DNA of 64,000 nt, from the NCBI GenBank assembly GCA_044869275.1, contig JBIOXB010000163.1, positions 1 through 64,000 of the forward strand. Reading direction: 5' to 3'. Made by a program: the position numbers and the translations under genes. Under the pieces are notes generated by a model that was given only the letters and a program-made list of their open reading frames with translations, made no database searches and was not told the origin of the DNA. Shown one piece after another: positions 25,937-36,357 of the stretch (its first letter is position 1; each line of letters begins with the position of its first letter). This DNA is from a bacterium (GTDB lineage Bacteria; Zhuqueibacterota; Zhuqueibacteria; Zhuqueibacterales; Zhuqueibacteraceae).

Positions 25937-27529
25937 TCAAAAGCGAATCCTAAAAACCGTCCCCACTCCCGCTCCGCTTTCTGCCGCAATCGTGCCGCCG
26001 TGCTCTTCTACGATTCTCTTGACCATGACCAGGCCCAATCCCGACCCGCCTCGCTTGGTGGTAAAGTTGGGCTGGAACAATTTTGCTTGCATTTCAGGCG
26101 TGAGCCCCGGCCCGTTGTCTGCGATTTCCAAAACGAGGCCTCCGCTGTCATCGCGCGTGGTGATCGTTATTTCGCAAGGTTGCGGGTGCGCTGCTTCTTT
26201 CGCATTCTTGATGAGATTGTTTAACAGGCGTTTGATCTGTTCGCGATCGAGAGGCCGCGGCGGCAGCTTGGGATCGAGATGAAGCTGAAAACGGAGGTTT
26301 TCGCCGCCGGCATCGTAAAGCCGGAGGGTGAGCTGAATGATTTCGTTGAGGTGCTCCATTTGCATTTGCGCTTTGGGCAGCCGGGCGAAGGCGGAAAACT
26401 CCTCGGCCAGATGGCGCAGGCTGGATAGCTCTTCTTCAATGCTCTGAAACGATTCTTGCAACGCCGGCTGCGACGAAATCATGCCGCCGAATTTTTGCCG
26501 CACGCGATACAGGGCGAGTTGAATGGGGGTGAGGGGATTTTTGATTTCGTGCGAAACTTGCCGCGCCACTTCCCGCCACGCCGCCAATCTTTCCGCGGCC
26601 AGCAGTTTTTCGCGATTGGCGCGCAAATCCCGAATCATTTTATTGAAAGCCGAGACCAATTGTCCGATTTCATCTTTGGCGCGGGAGGGCGCCTGCGCTT
26701 CCAAATCGCCCGCGGCCACTTTTGCGGTGACGCCGATCAAATCTTCAATCGGATGGCTCAAACGCCGTGACAGGCTGCGCGCGAGAAAAACCGACAACAG
26801 GCTCAAGATCAAAACCATAGCCGTGGCCGCGCCCCAAATGAGCTGATCTTGCAGCGCTTTCTCTTTGATCAAAGTGAGGGAATTATAAATCCGCATGGTT
26901 TGGGTGAGCTGCGCTTTGGCCGCCATCACCTCGGGCGCAATGGCAAAGCCGAGAATCGCCATTTCATGTTCTCCGCGCGGCAGCCAGACGCGGCAATGCC
27001 CCGGCATTTCGACCTGAGAGGGCGCGGAGGAATGGTCGCGCAGTGCCTCCAGCTCGCTGCCCGTTTGACCCCAGATTTCGCCAACCCGCGCCTCACCGAA
27101 TGAGAGTCCCTGCCCGCGCGCGCCCTCGTCGCGACTATGCGCCGCCGCGAGTAGTATTTTTTCGCCCGCGCGCTGCCAGACGAAATAATAATCGAGGCCC
27201 GAGGGCAAAACTGCTTCCGGCGCAAAACCGTCTCCGGCAAAAGCCTGTGCAAAGCGCTTGCCCGTATCTTCGCATTGCGCTTTCAAAGCTGCGACCGCTT
27301 GCAGCATGGCGGTTTCAACTTCGGGAACGAGAAGCACATCGGCGGTGTTCGTGGCGAGCGTGCTCACCAAAAAAATGAGCGGTACGGTGGGAAGGAGCGC
27401 GAAGAGCAAAAACATCGCCGTGAGCCGGACTTGAAAGCGCGAGTGCCGGCGCGGATGCCACCACAAAAAAGCGAGGTAGCCGACGAGCGCGAGCAGGAGG
27501 CCGAGAAGCCAGAACAGGAAGATTTTCAT
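25937..27529 (-). CDS. HAMP-domain sensor histidine kinase (NtrY-like)
   Basis: AWREVARQVSHEIKNPLTPI; NLIKNA; DNGPG; FTTK..GSGLGL. Confidence 0.92.
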   Translation of the reverse strand: MKIFLFWLLGLLLALVGYLAFLWWHPRRHSRFQVRLTAMFLLFALLPTVPLIFLVSTLATNTADVLLVPEVETAMLQAVAALKAQCEDTGKRFAQAFAGDGFAPEAVLPSGLDYYFVWQRAGEKILLAAAHSRDEGARGQGLSFGEARVGEIWGQTGSELEALRDHSSAPSQVEMPGHCRVWLPRGEHEMAILGFAIAPEVMAAKAQLTQTMRIYNSLTLIKEKALQDQLIWGAATAMVLILSLLSVFLARSLSRRLSHPIEDLIGVTAKVAAGDLEAQAPSRAKDEIGQLVSAFNKMIRDLRANREKLLAAERLAAWREVARQVSHEIKNPLTPIQLALYRVRQKFGGMISSQPALQESFQSIEEELSSLRHLAEEFSAFARLPKAQMQMEHLNEIIQLTLRLYDAGGENLRFQLHLDPKLPPRPLDREQIKRLLNNLIKNAKEAAHPQPCEITITTRDDSGGLVLEIADNGPGLTPEMQAKLFQPNFTTKRGGSGLGLVMVKRIVEEHGGTIAAESGAGVGTVFRIRF

Positions 27530-27543
27530 GTGCCGCCCGCTGG

Positions 27544-28467
27544 CTACCCGCCCATTCGTTTACGCTTCAGCAAAAACTGCATAAGACCGCGGTCGAAATC
27601 CATCGAGGTATCCAGCAGATTGTAGTCGATGCGATGCTCGCGGCACTGGCGTTTGAGCCAGTCGAGATACTCGTCGATTTCCTTTTGTACCGCGGCGCGA
27701 ATGTGATGGGGCTGGGTGGGCAGGGTCGCGCCGGATTCCGCGTCTTGAAAAATCGCGTCCTCGCGGAACTCAAAACGATAGTCGAAGCGATCCAAAATCT
27801 GAAACGCCAGCACTTCGTGATGGCGATGGCGAAAATGCTTCAAACCTGCCAAAATGTTTTGGGGATCGCGCTCGAGATCGTGCGGCATGAAATCGGAAAG
27901 AACGATCACCAGGCCGCGGCGCTTGATTTGTTCCGCCATTTTGTGCAGCGAGCTCTCCCAATGCGCGCTGCCGGTGGCGCGCGCGTTTTCCAGCTCGCCG
28001 AGCAAAGCGGTGAGATAACTCATCACCGCGCGCGGCGGCAGGTAGCGCGTGAGGTGCTCATGAAACAGTGCCATGCCGACGGCATCGCGCTGGTGCATCA
28101 TCAAATAGCCCAAAGCCGCTGCCAGAAAACTGGCGTATTGAAACTTGCTCACGCGTCCTTCGTGTGCAATGCCCATGGAGGCGGATTGGTCGACGAGCAA
28201 ATAGCATTTGAGATTGGTTTCTTCTTCGAATTGCTTGACGTAAAAGCGGTCGGTTTTGCCGTAAACTTTCCAATCGAGGTGGCGAATCTCGTCGCCCGGC
28301 ATATACTGCCGGTGCTCGGCAAACTCCACGCTGAAGCCATGATACGGGCTGCGATGCAGGCCGGTGATGAATCCTTCCACCACCAAGCGCGCCCGCAAGC
28401 TCATGTTGGCAAGGCGCGAGACGGTGGTCGGGTGGAGATATTTTCTGTAGAGGGGTTCGGTTTGCAT
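27544..28467 (-). CDS. DUF58 domain protein
   Basis: GLHRSP..GFSVEFAEHRQY.PGD..R.LDWK; DQSASM. Confidence 0.92.
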   Translation of the reverse strand: MQTEPLYRKYLHPTTVSRLANMSLRARLVVEGFITGLHRSPYHGFSVEFAEHRQYMPGDEIRHLDWKVYGKTDRFYVKQFEEETNLKCYLLVDQSASMGIAHEGRVSKFQYASFLAAALGYLMMHQRDAVGMALFHEHLTRYLPPRAVMSYLTALLGELENARATGSAHWESSLHKMAEQIKRRGLVIVLSDFMPHDLERDPQNILAGLKHFRHRHHEVLAFQILDRFDYRFEFREDAIFQDAESGATLPTQPHHIRAAVQKEIDEYLDWLKRQCREHRIDYNLLDTSMDFDRGLMQFLLKRKRMGG

Positions 28468-28489
28468 GACGAATTGTAAGCCCTGATGC

Positions 28490-28552
28490 GAAATTCGTAA
28501 TGCGTGAGCAGGCATCAGCATAAGCGTCACGCATTACGCATTACAAATCACA
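28490..28552. repeat. Short 7-bp-unit palindrome (CGTAATG / CGCATTA)
   Basis: CGTAATGCGTGA ... TCACGCATTACGCATTAC between moxR and DUF58. Confidence 0.6.
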
Positions 28553-29546
28553 TCACTTTCCCGTCTTTAATCAGCTGCTCGATAATGTCCAGCGCCGTCA
28601 CCCCTTCGGCTTCAGCGGAAAAATTGGTGACGAGGCGATGGCGCAACACCGGCTTGGCCACGGCGCGCACATCTTCAACATCGGGCGTGGGCCGGCCATC
28701 GAGAATGGCGCGGGTTTTCGCGCCCAGAATCAAATACTGTGACGCACGCGGGCCCGCGCCCCAATTGATCCAATCTTTGACGGCTTTGACCGTGCCGTTT
28801 TGATGTGGCCGCGTGTTGCGCGCGAGCTGTACGGCATAATCGACGACGTGATCGGAGACCGGCACTTCACGCACCAAAGCCTGCAGCGCCATTATTTTCT
28901 CAGCGTTCAAGACCTGGGCGAGCGCGGGTAGCTGGTTGCCGGTGGTGGATTTGACGATTTGCTTTTCTTCTTCGAAGCTGGGATAGTCCACCCACAGGTT
29001 GAACATGAAGCGATCGAGCTGCGCCTCGGGCAGGGGATACGTTCCTTCCTGTTCGATGGGATTCTGCGTGGCCAGTACGAAAAACGGTTCGTCGAGTTTA
29101 TACGTCGTCCCCGCGGCGGAGACTTCGTGTTCTTGCATCGCCTGCAACAAAGCCGCTTGCGTCTTCGGCGGCGTGCGGTTGATTTCGTCGGCTAAAACAA
29201 TATTGGCGAAAACTGGGCCGGCAATGAAGCGAAAAGCTTTGCGACCGGTGCTGACGTCTTCCTCGATGATCTCGGTGCCGGTAATGTCCGAGGGCATGAG
29301 ATCAGGCGTGAATTGGATGCGGTTGAATTTGAGCTGCAGCACGCGCGCGAGCGTGCTGATCAACAGCGTTTTGGCGAGGCCGGGCACGCCCACGAGCAGA
29401 CAATGCCCACGCGCAAAAAGCGAGATGAGAAGTTGATCGATGATTACATTTTGGCCGACAATCACTTTGCTGATTTCGGCGACGATTTGACGATGCGCTT
29501 CCTTCACTTCTGCGATAATGCCGAGATCCTTTGCGGATAAACTCAT
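28548..29546 (-). CDS. moxR: MoxR family AAA+ ATPase
   Basis: GVPGLAKT; RIQFTPDLMPSD; DEINR.PPKTQ; ATQNPIEQEGTYPLPEAQLDRF. Confidence 0.93.
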   Translation of the reverse strand: MSLSAKDLGIIAEVKEAHRQIVAEISKVIVGQNVIIDQLLISLFARGHCLLVGVPGLAKTLLISTLARVLQLKFNRIQFTPDLMPSDITGTEIIEEDVSTGRKAFRFIAGPVFANIVLADEINRTPPKTQAALLQAMQEHEVSAAGTTYKLDEPFFVLATQNPIEQEGTYPLPEAQLDRFMFNLWVDYPSFEEEKQIVKSTTGNQLPALAQVLNAEKIMALQALVREVPVSDHVVDYAVQLARNTRPHQNGTVKAVKDWINWGAGPRASQYLILGAKTRAILDGRPTPDVEDVRAVAKPVLRHRLVTNFSAEAEGVTALDIIEQLIKDGKVM

Positions 29547-29789
29547 TGAAACGACCTTTCGAAAAGATAGGTAGGTTTTTAGAAAAGGACAATCATGATA
29601 ACCATTCGGCTCTCCAAATGCAATAATTTTGATCCCGTTTGCACGAGACACGATGGTAGGCGCACTGCAAATTAGCCTTGCAATGACCTCCCTGAGATGT
29701 GTAAATTGCTACCTCGGATTTTCAGACAAGCTGAAAACCGAAGCCCGAGGGCGGCAGCAATGGCAAAATCGTCCCGCAAAGAAGCAGAA

Positions 29790-29899
29790 GACAGAAAGAT
29801 GTAGGACAGAAAAATGTTTGTCGTTTGCCCTATCCCTTCACCATCCCTGCTCCGGAGATGAGATCTGCTGCCATCTTTCTGTCCTTCATTTTTCTGTCC
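29790..29899. repeat. 15-bp-unit palindrome (GGACAGAAARATG)
   Basis: GACAGAAAGATGTAGGACAGAAAAATG ... CATCTTTCTGTCCTTCATTTTTCTGTCC. Confidence 0.7.
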
Positions 29900-29997
29900 T
29901 GGCTTTTGCTCAATTCAACGCAACATTTTTCCGTGGGAGTTCGTTTCCGTGAGCCAGACTTTTAGATTTATTCTCAGTTTGATGAGCCAATCGCCTT

Positions 29998-31083
29998 ATG
30001 AACGACCGTATTGAGCAGAAATCCGATATTGCCCGAAAACAGGATTTGATCGGCATGAATCGTGAAGGGCTTTCGCGCTTTGCCGAGAGCCTGGGGGAGA
30101 AGCCTTTTCGCGGCAGGCAGCTTTTCCAGTGGATTTATGGCCACGGCGTGGCCGATTTCGAGCAGATGACGAATCTATCCGCGCACTTGCGACAGCGCTT
30201 GCAGGAGTCGGCTGCGATTCAACCTTTGGCGTTGGTGCAGCGGCAAGTTTCCGCACGGCGCGATGCCGAAAAGTTCTTGTTCCGGCTCGGCGATGGTCTG
30301 AGCATCGAAAGCGTGCTGATGCACGAAGACGACCGCCACACTTTGTGCCTTTCCTCCCAGGTCGGCTGCCCGGTGGATTGCAAGTTTTGCGCGACTGGAA
30401 AAATGGGTTTATTGCGCAATTTGAGCGCGGGGGAGATCGTCAATCAAGTGTTGTCCGTGCGCCGGCTCAGCGGTACGCCGGTCACCAACGTCGTGGTCAT
30501 GGGCATGGGCGAGCCCATGTTGAACTACGAGGCGCTGCTACAAGCCTGCGATTTGATGTCAGACGCAGAAGGCCCGAACCTGGCCCAGCGCCACATCGTG
30601 ATTTCGACCAGCGGCTTGATTCCCAAAATCCGGCGTTTCATCGCAGAAGGCCATAAATACCGCCTGGCAATCTCATTGAATGCGACCACGGACGAAGTGC
30701 GCACCCGCTTAATGCCTTTGAACCGCAAATATCCGATTGCCGATCTGCTGGCTGCAGCCAAAGCGTACGCCCTGGCCGCCAAGCAAAAAGTGACGTTCGA
30801 GTATGTTTTGCTGGCGGAGGTGAATGACAGTTTGGAAGACGCGGAGCGGCTCAAACGTTTGGTGCGCGATATTCCCTGCAAGATCAATCTCATTCCCTTT
30901 AATGCCGTCGATGAAAATTTCCGCCGTCCCAGCTATGCACACATCGAAGCGTTTTACCAGCGCTTGCAGGGCGCGGGTGCGACGGTCACCTTGCGCTGGA
31001 GCAAAGGCGACGACATCGACGCGGCGTGCGGGCAGCTCTGGACGAAAACGGAGAAATCACTGCCCGTGGTGCCGGCCGTTTGA
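29998..31083 (+). CDS. rlmN: 23S rRNA m2A2503 / tRNA methyltransferase RlmN (radical SAM)
   Basis: CLSSQVGCPVDCKFCATG; MGMGEP; DIDAACGQL. Confidence 0.95.
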   Translation: MNDRIEQKSDIARKQDLIGMNREGLSRFAESLGEKPFRGRQLFQWIYGHGVADFEQMTNLSAHLRQRLQESAAIQPLALVQRQVSARRDAEKFLFRLGDGLSIESVLMHEDDRHTLCLSSQVGCPVDCKFCATGKMGLLRNLSAGEIVNQVLSVRRLSGTPVTNVVVMGMGEPMLNYEALLQACDLMSDAEGPNLAQRHIVISTSGLIPKIRRFIAEGHKYRLAISLNATTDEVRTRLMPLNRKYPIADLLAAAKAYALAAKQKVTFEYVLLAEVNDSLEDAERLKRLVRDIPCKINLIPFNAVDENFRRPSYAHIEAFYQRLQGAGATVTLRWSKGDDIDAACGQLWTKTEKSLPVVPAV

Positions 31084-32118
31084 GGCCGTGGCCGCAGCAG
31101 AGCAGGATTCCCTGAGATGCTTCACCTTCTTGGCGAGCTCCTTCCCTTTCGCTTCGCGCGGCAGTTTCTTGTCCTCAATCAAATCCAATTGCGCGCACGC
31201 TTCCTGCGGCTGGGCTTCCCGCAACGCGATTTGCGCCAGCTTGGTGCGGCATACGGCTGCGAGATAGGGCGAGAGCTTTTTTTCTGCTTGTAGCGAAGCC
31301 ATGATTTGTTCATAGCACGCGCGCGCACGGGCGAATTTCTGCAGCCGCGCCGCGGATTCTGCCGCGCCCCAGAGAAAGAAGCGGCTGGCCGGAAATTCTT
31401 GCAGAACCGAATCTGCCAGCGCGTACGCTTCCGCAGCGCGGTTTTCATCCAACAAAATCCACGTCAAGCCGTTGAGGGCGGCATAACGCGAATACTTGCC
31501 CTGCGTCGCAGCTTTTTGCACCATGGCCAGACCCTCGCCACTCTCATCCCCCAGAAAAAAGAGTTTCATCTTGCTGCGATAATACTTGTAGGTGCCGATG
31601 CCCAGGTAGGCGTCGTACAATTCCGGGTCGAGCTTGATGGCGGTCTGCAGATGCTGAATCGTCTGCCATCCGGTGCGCACGGCTTCGAGGTAGCGCCGTT
31701 TTTTTCCGGTATAAAAGGCCTCATAGCCGTAGGCGCTGCCCAGCCAAAAATATGCTTGCGCATCACTGGGATTTTTATGCAGCAGCTTTTCCGAAAGCTG
31801 GCGGCAGGTTTTCAGGCTCTTCATGAAAGCTTCTTCGTCCGCGTCGTTTTCGTAATCCAGCATGCGGGATTGCAGTGTTGCCGCGTGAAACAGATGGCCG
31901 ATGGGTTCTTCGGGCGCGCGTGTAATGACTGTGTCAATGTGCGCCAGTGCGCGTTCATATTCCTGCTTGATCGTGGCTGCAATGGCTCTTTGTAGCAGTG
32001 AATCAATGGCCACCGGAATTTGCGCTTGGGCAAAAGACTGGTTGAATATGCCGAAAGAACCGCAGGCAATGTAGATTTCGAGCAGCAGAATGTGGGTATA
32101 AATGAGCGGAAGCTTCAT
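31057..32118 (-). CDS. Secreted TPR-repeat protein
   Basis: Signal-like N-terminus; TPR patterns (DAQAYFWLG, DAYLGIG). Confidence 0.75.
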   Translation of the reverse strand: MKLPLIYTHILLLEIYIACGSFGIFNQSFAQAQIPVAIDSLLQRAIAATIKQEYERALAHIDTVITRAPEEPIGHLFHAATLQSRMLDYENDADEEAFMKSLKTCRQLSEKLLHKNPSDAQAYFWLGSAYGYEAFYTGKKRRYLEAVRTGWQTIQHLQTAIKLDPELYDAYLGIGTYKYYRSKMKLFFLGDESGEGLAMVQKAATQGKYSRYAALNGLTWILLDENRAAEAYALADSVLQEFPASRFFLWGAAESAARLQKFARARACYEQIMASLQAEKKLSPYLAAVCRTKLAQIALREAQPQEACAQLDLIEDKKLPREAKGKELAKKVKHLRESCSAAATASNGRHHGQ

Positions 32119-32334
32119 GCGAATGGAAGTTGTCAAAATGAGCAAGTGAGGGCCAGTTCCAGCCAAAATACATAAATTAGGAAAACTTTCTAAAAAAGCA
32201 AGACTGGGCGAGCAGAATGCAATCGCCAAACAGCAAATTGGAAGACCCATTCAGCAATTTCGGTGCCGCGGAATTTCAAGTTCACGAGGGCTACTTGGCG
32301 TCTGCAAATTTGAATGCTCACGGTAATGAAATCA

Positions 32335-32363
32335 TTGACAAAATTTAAAAGTTTTCTTAACTT
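32335..32363 (+). promoter_or_regulatory. Sigma70 promoter of the sigma factor gene
   Basis: TTGACA-17-TAACTT. Confidence 0.65.
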
Positions 32364-32430
32364 TGTGGGCTTTGCGCCGACCAAGGTACTTCGGTCTTGA
32401 GACTCAGCACTAACAAGGGAAGGAGGAAGT

Positions 32431-33288
32431 GTGGCGAGGCTCACAGGTGGCAACCGTGCCCGAACCGACCATTCACTAGAAAAGTATCTGCAGGAAATCA
32501 GCGAAGTACCGCTTTTGACCCCCGAAGAAGAAATCGATCTTGCCAAATGTATAAAGCGGGGAGATGAAGAGGCCCTGGAAAGACTGACCAAAGCCAATTT
32601 ACGCTTTGTCGTCAGCGTGGCCAAACAATATCAAAACCAGGGGCTCTCTCTGGGTGATTTGATCAATGAAGGCAATCTCGGTTTGATCAAAGCCGCCAGC
32701 CGTTTCGACGAAACCCGAGGGTTTAAATTCATTTCCTACGCTGTGTGGTGGATACGGCAATCCATTTTGCAGGCGCTGGCCGAGCAATCGCGCGTCGTGC
32801 GACTGCCCCTGAATCGCGTCGGCGCGTTGAACAAAATCGGCAAAGCGCTCAGTTCGCTGGAGCAGGAGTTCGAGCGCGAGCCAGCGGCGCACGAAATCGC
32901 CGACAAAGTGGAAATGACCACACATGAAGTCAACGATACGCTCAAGATCTCGGGCAAGCATCTTTCTCTGGACGCGCCCTTCAATCAGGACGAAGAAAGT
33001 CGCTTGCTGGACGTGCTGGAAAGCGAAGAAGTTCCGGCGCCCGACAATTTCTTAATGAGCGAATCCTTGAAGATCGAAGTGGAACGTGCCCTGGAGACGC
33101 TGACCGAACGCGAGGCCGAGGTGGTCAAATTGTATTTCGGCCTGGGGCGCGAGCATCCATTGACGCTCGAAGAAATCGGTGAGCTGTTCAAGCTGACGCG
33201 CGAGCGCGTGCGCCAGATCAAAGAGAAAGCGATCAAAAGGCTGCGCCACGCCTCACGCAGCAAGCCCTTGCGCAGTTATCTGGGCTGA
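32431..33288 (+). CDS. rpoD: RNA polymerase sigma-70 factor, RpoD/SigA family (short form lacking region 1.1)
   Basis: [47 protein letters not shown]. Confidence 0.88.
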   Translation: MARLTGGNRARTDHSLEKYLQEISEVPLLTPEEEIDLAKCIKRGDEEALERLTKANLRFVVSVAKQYQNQGLSLGDLINEGNLGLIKAASRFDETRGFKFISYAVWWIRQSILQALAEQSRVVRLPLNRVGALNKIGKALSSLEQEFEREPAAHEIADKVEMTTHEVNDTLKISGKHLSLDAPFNQDEESRLLDVLESEEVPAPDNFLMSESLKIEVERALETLTEREAEVVKLYFGLGREHPLTLEEIGELFKLTRERVRQIKEKAIKRLRHASRSKPLRSYLG

Positions 33289-33446
33289 TTACAAATCCGT
33301 CACTGCTGTTATCGAAATTTTCATTTTCTCCCCTTCGCAAGCTCCACCGCTTGCGCTTACATATTAAATCAGTTGGATTGCATTTCTTGGCGTGAGATTT
33401 CAGGTCGAAACAGGTGGTATTTTGTACATACAGACTGGTTTTGTGC

Positions 33447-33475
33447 TTGACATCTTGGAAACGATTGTTTAGATT
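33447..33475 (+). promoter_or_regulatory. Sigma70 promoter upstream of the M23 peptidase
   Basis: TTGACA-17-TAGATT. Confidence 0.6.
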
Positions 33476-33710
33476 TCCGCCCATAGCGCGGATTGCGCCA
33501 GTTTGTACAGTTTAGATTGAATTGAACCAGAGCCGAGATTTCAGACATATATGACTAGGATGTTTGCAGTAGCGGAGTGCGCAGGGACATTCCGCAGGGG
33601 GTGGATTTTTTGGCGAGGGCGGAGGATCGGGGCCGCCGGTGTTATTCATGCTGTTAAAGTCGAGGGTCCAGAGCGTCGCTTGCATCTCGCATTCACGGAG
33701 GAAGGAGAAC

Positions 33711-34643
33711 ATGCGCGATAAAAAGATTAAGCTGATCTATTTTTCGCTGCAGGGGTCCGAGGTCAAATCTATTAGTCTGTCTTGGAAGAGGATTCTCTCA
33801 ATCATGTTTTCGTCATTTGTAGTCATGTTGCTCATGGTTGGCTCGACGATCGCTCTGTTCACCGACTTTTACAAGGATCAGCGCGTCAGTCGCCTGCTGC
33901 GCACGAATCATGCGCTCTCGAATCAACTGCAGCATATGAGCGGCAAAGTCAACAAGCTCGAGAGCCAAATTCAGGCCATCGAAAAACAGGACGATGGCTT
34001 GCGTTTGATGGCCGGCCTGCCCCGCATCGATGCGGATTTGCGCAAAGTGGGAACGGGTGGCGCCTACGGGGACTATGTGGATGTGGATCTCAACTCTCTG
34101 CCGGAAGATTTGCAGGAAGAGACGAAAAAGGTGAACGTGCTTTTGTCCGAGCTTGAGCGGCGCGTCACACTCCACTCCGAGAATGTCACTGAAGTGAAAG
34201 ACAAGATGACCGAGGACCAGGACCGGCTCAAGCACACGCCTTCCATCCGGCCGGTGCTGCCGGAATTGAGCCGGATTACCGACCGCTACGGCATGCGCTT
34301 TCATCCCCTCATCGAACGAAAGAAGCATCATGACGGCGTCGATCTCGCCGCTGAAATCGGCACGGATGTGAACGCGGTCGCCGCCGGCATCGTGGAGAAA
34401 GCCCAGGCCGTTGCCAGCTTTGGCCATGGCTTCGGCAAATATGTTGTCATTGATCACGGCTACGGTTACAAAACTCTCTATGGCCATCTTTCCAAAGTGA
34501 TGGTGCAAGAAGGGCAAAAAGTCGAACGCTGGCAACCGATCGGTTTGGTGGGCAGCACCGGCATGACCACCGGCCCGCATGTCCATTTTGAAGTTCATAT
34601 GCATGACAAACCGGTCGATCCGGAGGGATACATTTTAAATTGA
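33711..34643 (+). CDS. M23 family metallopeptidase (TM + coiled coil)
   Basis: HDGVD, YGHL, TGPHVHFEV. Confidence 0.92.
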   Translation: MRDKKIKLIYFSLQGSEVKSISLSWKRILSIMFSSFVVMLLMVGSTIALFTDFYKDQRVSRLLRTNHALSNQLQHMSGKVNKLESQIQAIEKQDDGLRLMAGLPRIDADLRKVGTGGAYGDYVDVDLNSLPEDLQEETKKVNVLLSELERRVTLHSENVTEVKDKMTEDQDRLKHTPSIRPVLPELSRITDRYGMRFHPLIERKKHHDGVDLAAEIGTDVNAVAAGIVEKAQAVASFGHGFGKYVVIDHGYGYKTLYGHLSKVMVQEGQKVERWQPIGLVGSTGMTTGPHVHFEVHMHDKPVDPEGYILN

Positions 34644-34663
34644 CACATGCTTGTTACAGACTG

Positions 34664-34699
34664 GCGCTTTCCCGCACGCGCGGGGAGGCGCTTTTTTTT
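34664..34699 (+). terminator. Rho-independent terminator
   Basis: GCGCTTTCCCGC/GCGGGGAGGCGC stem followed by T8. Confidence 0.8.
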
Positions 34700-34764
34700 C
34701 ATCCGGTATATCTGCATTTGAGCCCCACTTCGTTTGAGATCCCATCTCTCCCTAAAAACTGTGC

Positions 34765-34793
34765 TTGCATTTGAACAAAACTGTGATTATTTT
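34765..34793 (+). promoter_or_regulatory. Putative sigma70 promoter of the csp leader
   Basis: TTGCAT-17-TATTTT. Confidence 0.5.
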
Positions 34794-34804
34794 TCTTTGT
34801 ATTT

Positions 34805-35046
34805 TGTACACCACTTTGCGCTTTAACAGGGCCTTGGCCCTGCGGTGGGTGAGGTCGAGTCTGGATTGAGTTCCGCTGTGGGTCCTTTACCGCGCGAGGA
34901 CGCGCGGAGAAGCGACTTTGGTTGCAAGCGTTGTTGCTGTCAACCAGCGATTCATCCGGTTTACCTCTTGCAAGGATCAGTAGGGCTGCTGCACCGATCC
35001 CGACTGAGTTGTGGGAGTCACAACTACTGCAAAAGCTGGTTGTACA
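34805..35046 (+). ncRNA. Putative structured 5' leader RNA of the cold-shock gene
   Basis: Closing helix TGTACACCACTTTGC/GCAAAAGCTGGTTGTACA plus several internal stems. Confidence 0.45.
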
Positions 35047-35114
35047 GGTTAACAACGTCTCGGAATCACCTTCCGAGAAAATTTTCTTAACCTAAGATGA
35101 GGTTGCTCCAGATT

Positions 35115-35315
35115 ATGGAAACCGGAACTGTCAAGTGGTTTAACGAAGCAAAGGGTTATGGCTTCATCAAGCGTGAAAGCGGCGAAGATGTATTTGTGCA
35201 CTACAAATCCATCACTGCCGAAGGTTTCAAGACCTTGAAGGAAGGACAGCGCGTCCAGTTTGAGGTCGAGCAAGGGCCCAAGGGTCTGCAAGCCAAAAGC
35301 GTAATCCCCATGTAA
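35115..35315 (+). CDS. csp: Cold-shock protein (CspA family)
   Basis: [15 protein letters not shown]...DVFVHY...GFKTL.EGQ.V.F. Confidence 0.95.
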   Translation: METGTVKWFNEAKGYGFIKRESGEDVFVHYKSITAEGFKTLKEGQRVQFEVEQGPKGLQAKSVIPM

Positions 35316-35346
35316 TTCTCCGCGAGCCGGTTGGCGCCCCGTTTTG

Positions 35347-35379
35347 CCCGTTACGACAATGGCCAGAACGGGGTTTTTT
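35347..35379 (+). terminator. Probable terminator after csp
   Basis: CCCGTT/AACGGG stem followed by a T-tract. Confidence 0.5.
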
Positions 35380-35456
35380 GTTTCTGATCGCGTTCGTCTT
35401 ATCTTGTTCCATCCGCAAAATTATTCCCTCGAGAATCCAGCAGCAAGTTTCAGGTT

Positions 35457-36350
35457 TCATAGAATCGATTTCCCCAGCAGCGATGCCAGTAATTCCGCTG
35501 CAATGTTCGCGGTTTGATTTTTTTGATCGAGAATGGGATTGATTTCAACGATATCGATCGAGCTGACCTTGCCGTGGTCGGCCAGAAGCTCCATGATGAG
35601 ATGCGCTTCGCGATAAGTGAAGCCGCCGGGTACCGGCGTGCCCACGCCCGGCGCATCCCAGGGATCGAGGCAATCCATGTCCAAACTCACGTGCAGGCGC
35701 GGCAGATGATGCAGGCGATCCAGCGCCTCGCGCAGCACCACCGTAATGCCTCTTTCGTCGATGTCGCGCATGGTGCAAATGGTGATGCCGCTCTCCTGCA
35801 GCAGGATTTTTTCCTCGTCGTCCAAATCGCGTACCCCGAATAAAATCACGTCGGCAGGCTTGAGCTTGGGACCGGGCCGACCCAAATTTACCAACTCGCT
35901 GGCGCCCAGCCCCATGAGCACGGCGAGCGGCATGCCGTGAATGTTGCCGGTGGGCGAGCTTTGCGGAGTATTGAAGTCGCCGTGCGCATCGATCCAGAGC
36001 AAACCCGAGGGACTGTCGTGCGTAACGCCGCCCACGGTTCCGGTGGCAATGGAATGATCTCCGCCAATAAAGAGTGGAATACTGTTTTCGGCAATGGCTT
36101 TGCGGCCGTGCTCATAGGCCAGCGTGCACGTGTAAACCACCGAAGGCAGAAACGCCAGGCCGCCCTCTTCGGGCAGCGTGTCGCGCACGCGCACTTCAAG
36201 ATTGCCCACATCTTCCACGCGATAACCCAGCTTGCGCAGACGCGCCGCGAGCCCGGCGTAGCGCAGCGCGCTCGGGCCCATATCGACTCCGCGCCGCGAC
36301 TGGCCGAGATCCATGGGCACGCCGATGATGCGAATAGTCTTCGTTTTCAT
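35457..36350 (-). CDS. rocF: Arginase
   Basis: GVDMGPSALR; GGDHS; DAHGDFN..SPTGNIHGMP; SLDMD.LDP..APGVGTPV.GG. Confidence 0.93.
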   Translation of the reverse strand: MKTKTIRIIGVPMDLGQSRRGVDMGPSALRYAGLAARLRKLGYRVEDVGNLEVRVRDTLPEEGGLAFLPSVVYTCTLAYEHGRKAIAENSIPLFIGGDHSIATGTVGGVTHDSPSGLLWIDAHGDFNTPQSSPTGNIHGMPLAVLMGLGASELVNLGRPGPKLKPADVILFGVRDLDDEEKILLQESGITICTMRDIDERGITVVLREALDRLHHLPRLHVSLDMDCLDPWDAPGVGTPVPGGFTYREAHLIMELLADHGKVSSIDIVEINPILDQKNQTANIAAELLASLLGKSIL

Positions 36351-36357
36351 GCGGCCA

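Noticed and set aside
25250..26282. ORFs with repetitive WIVD/STIH peptides, and similar ones at 37088-37759
   Set aside because: They are translations of 7-bp and 8-bp DNA tandem repeats overlapping real genes.
34805..35046. 6S RNA, SRP, RNase P or tmRNA identity for the structured region
   Set aside because: It has a branched fold without the recognisable conserved motifs of these RNAs, so it is left unclassified.
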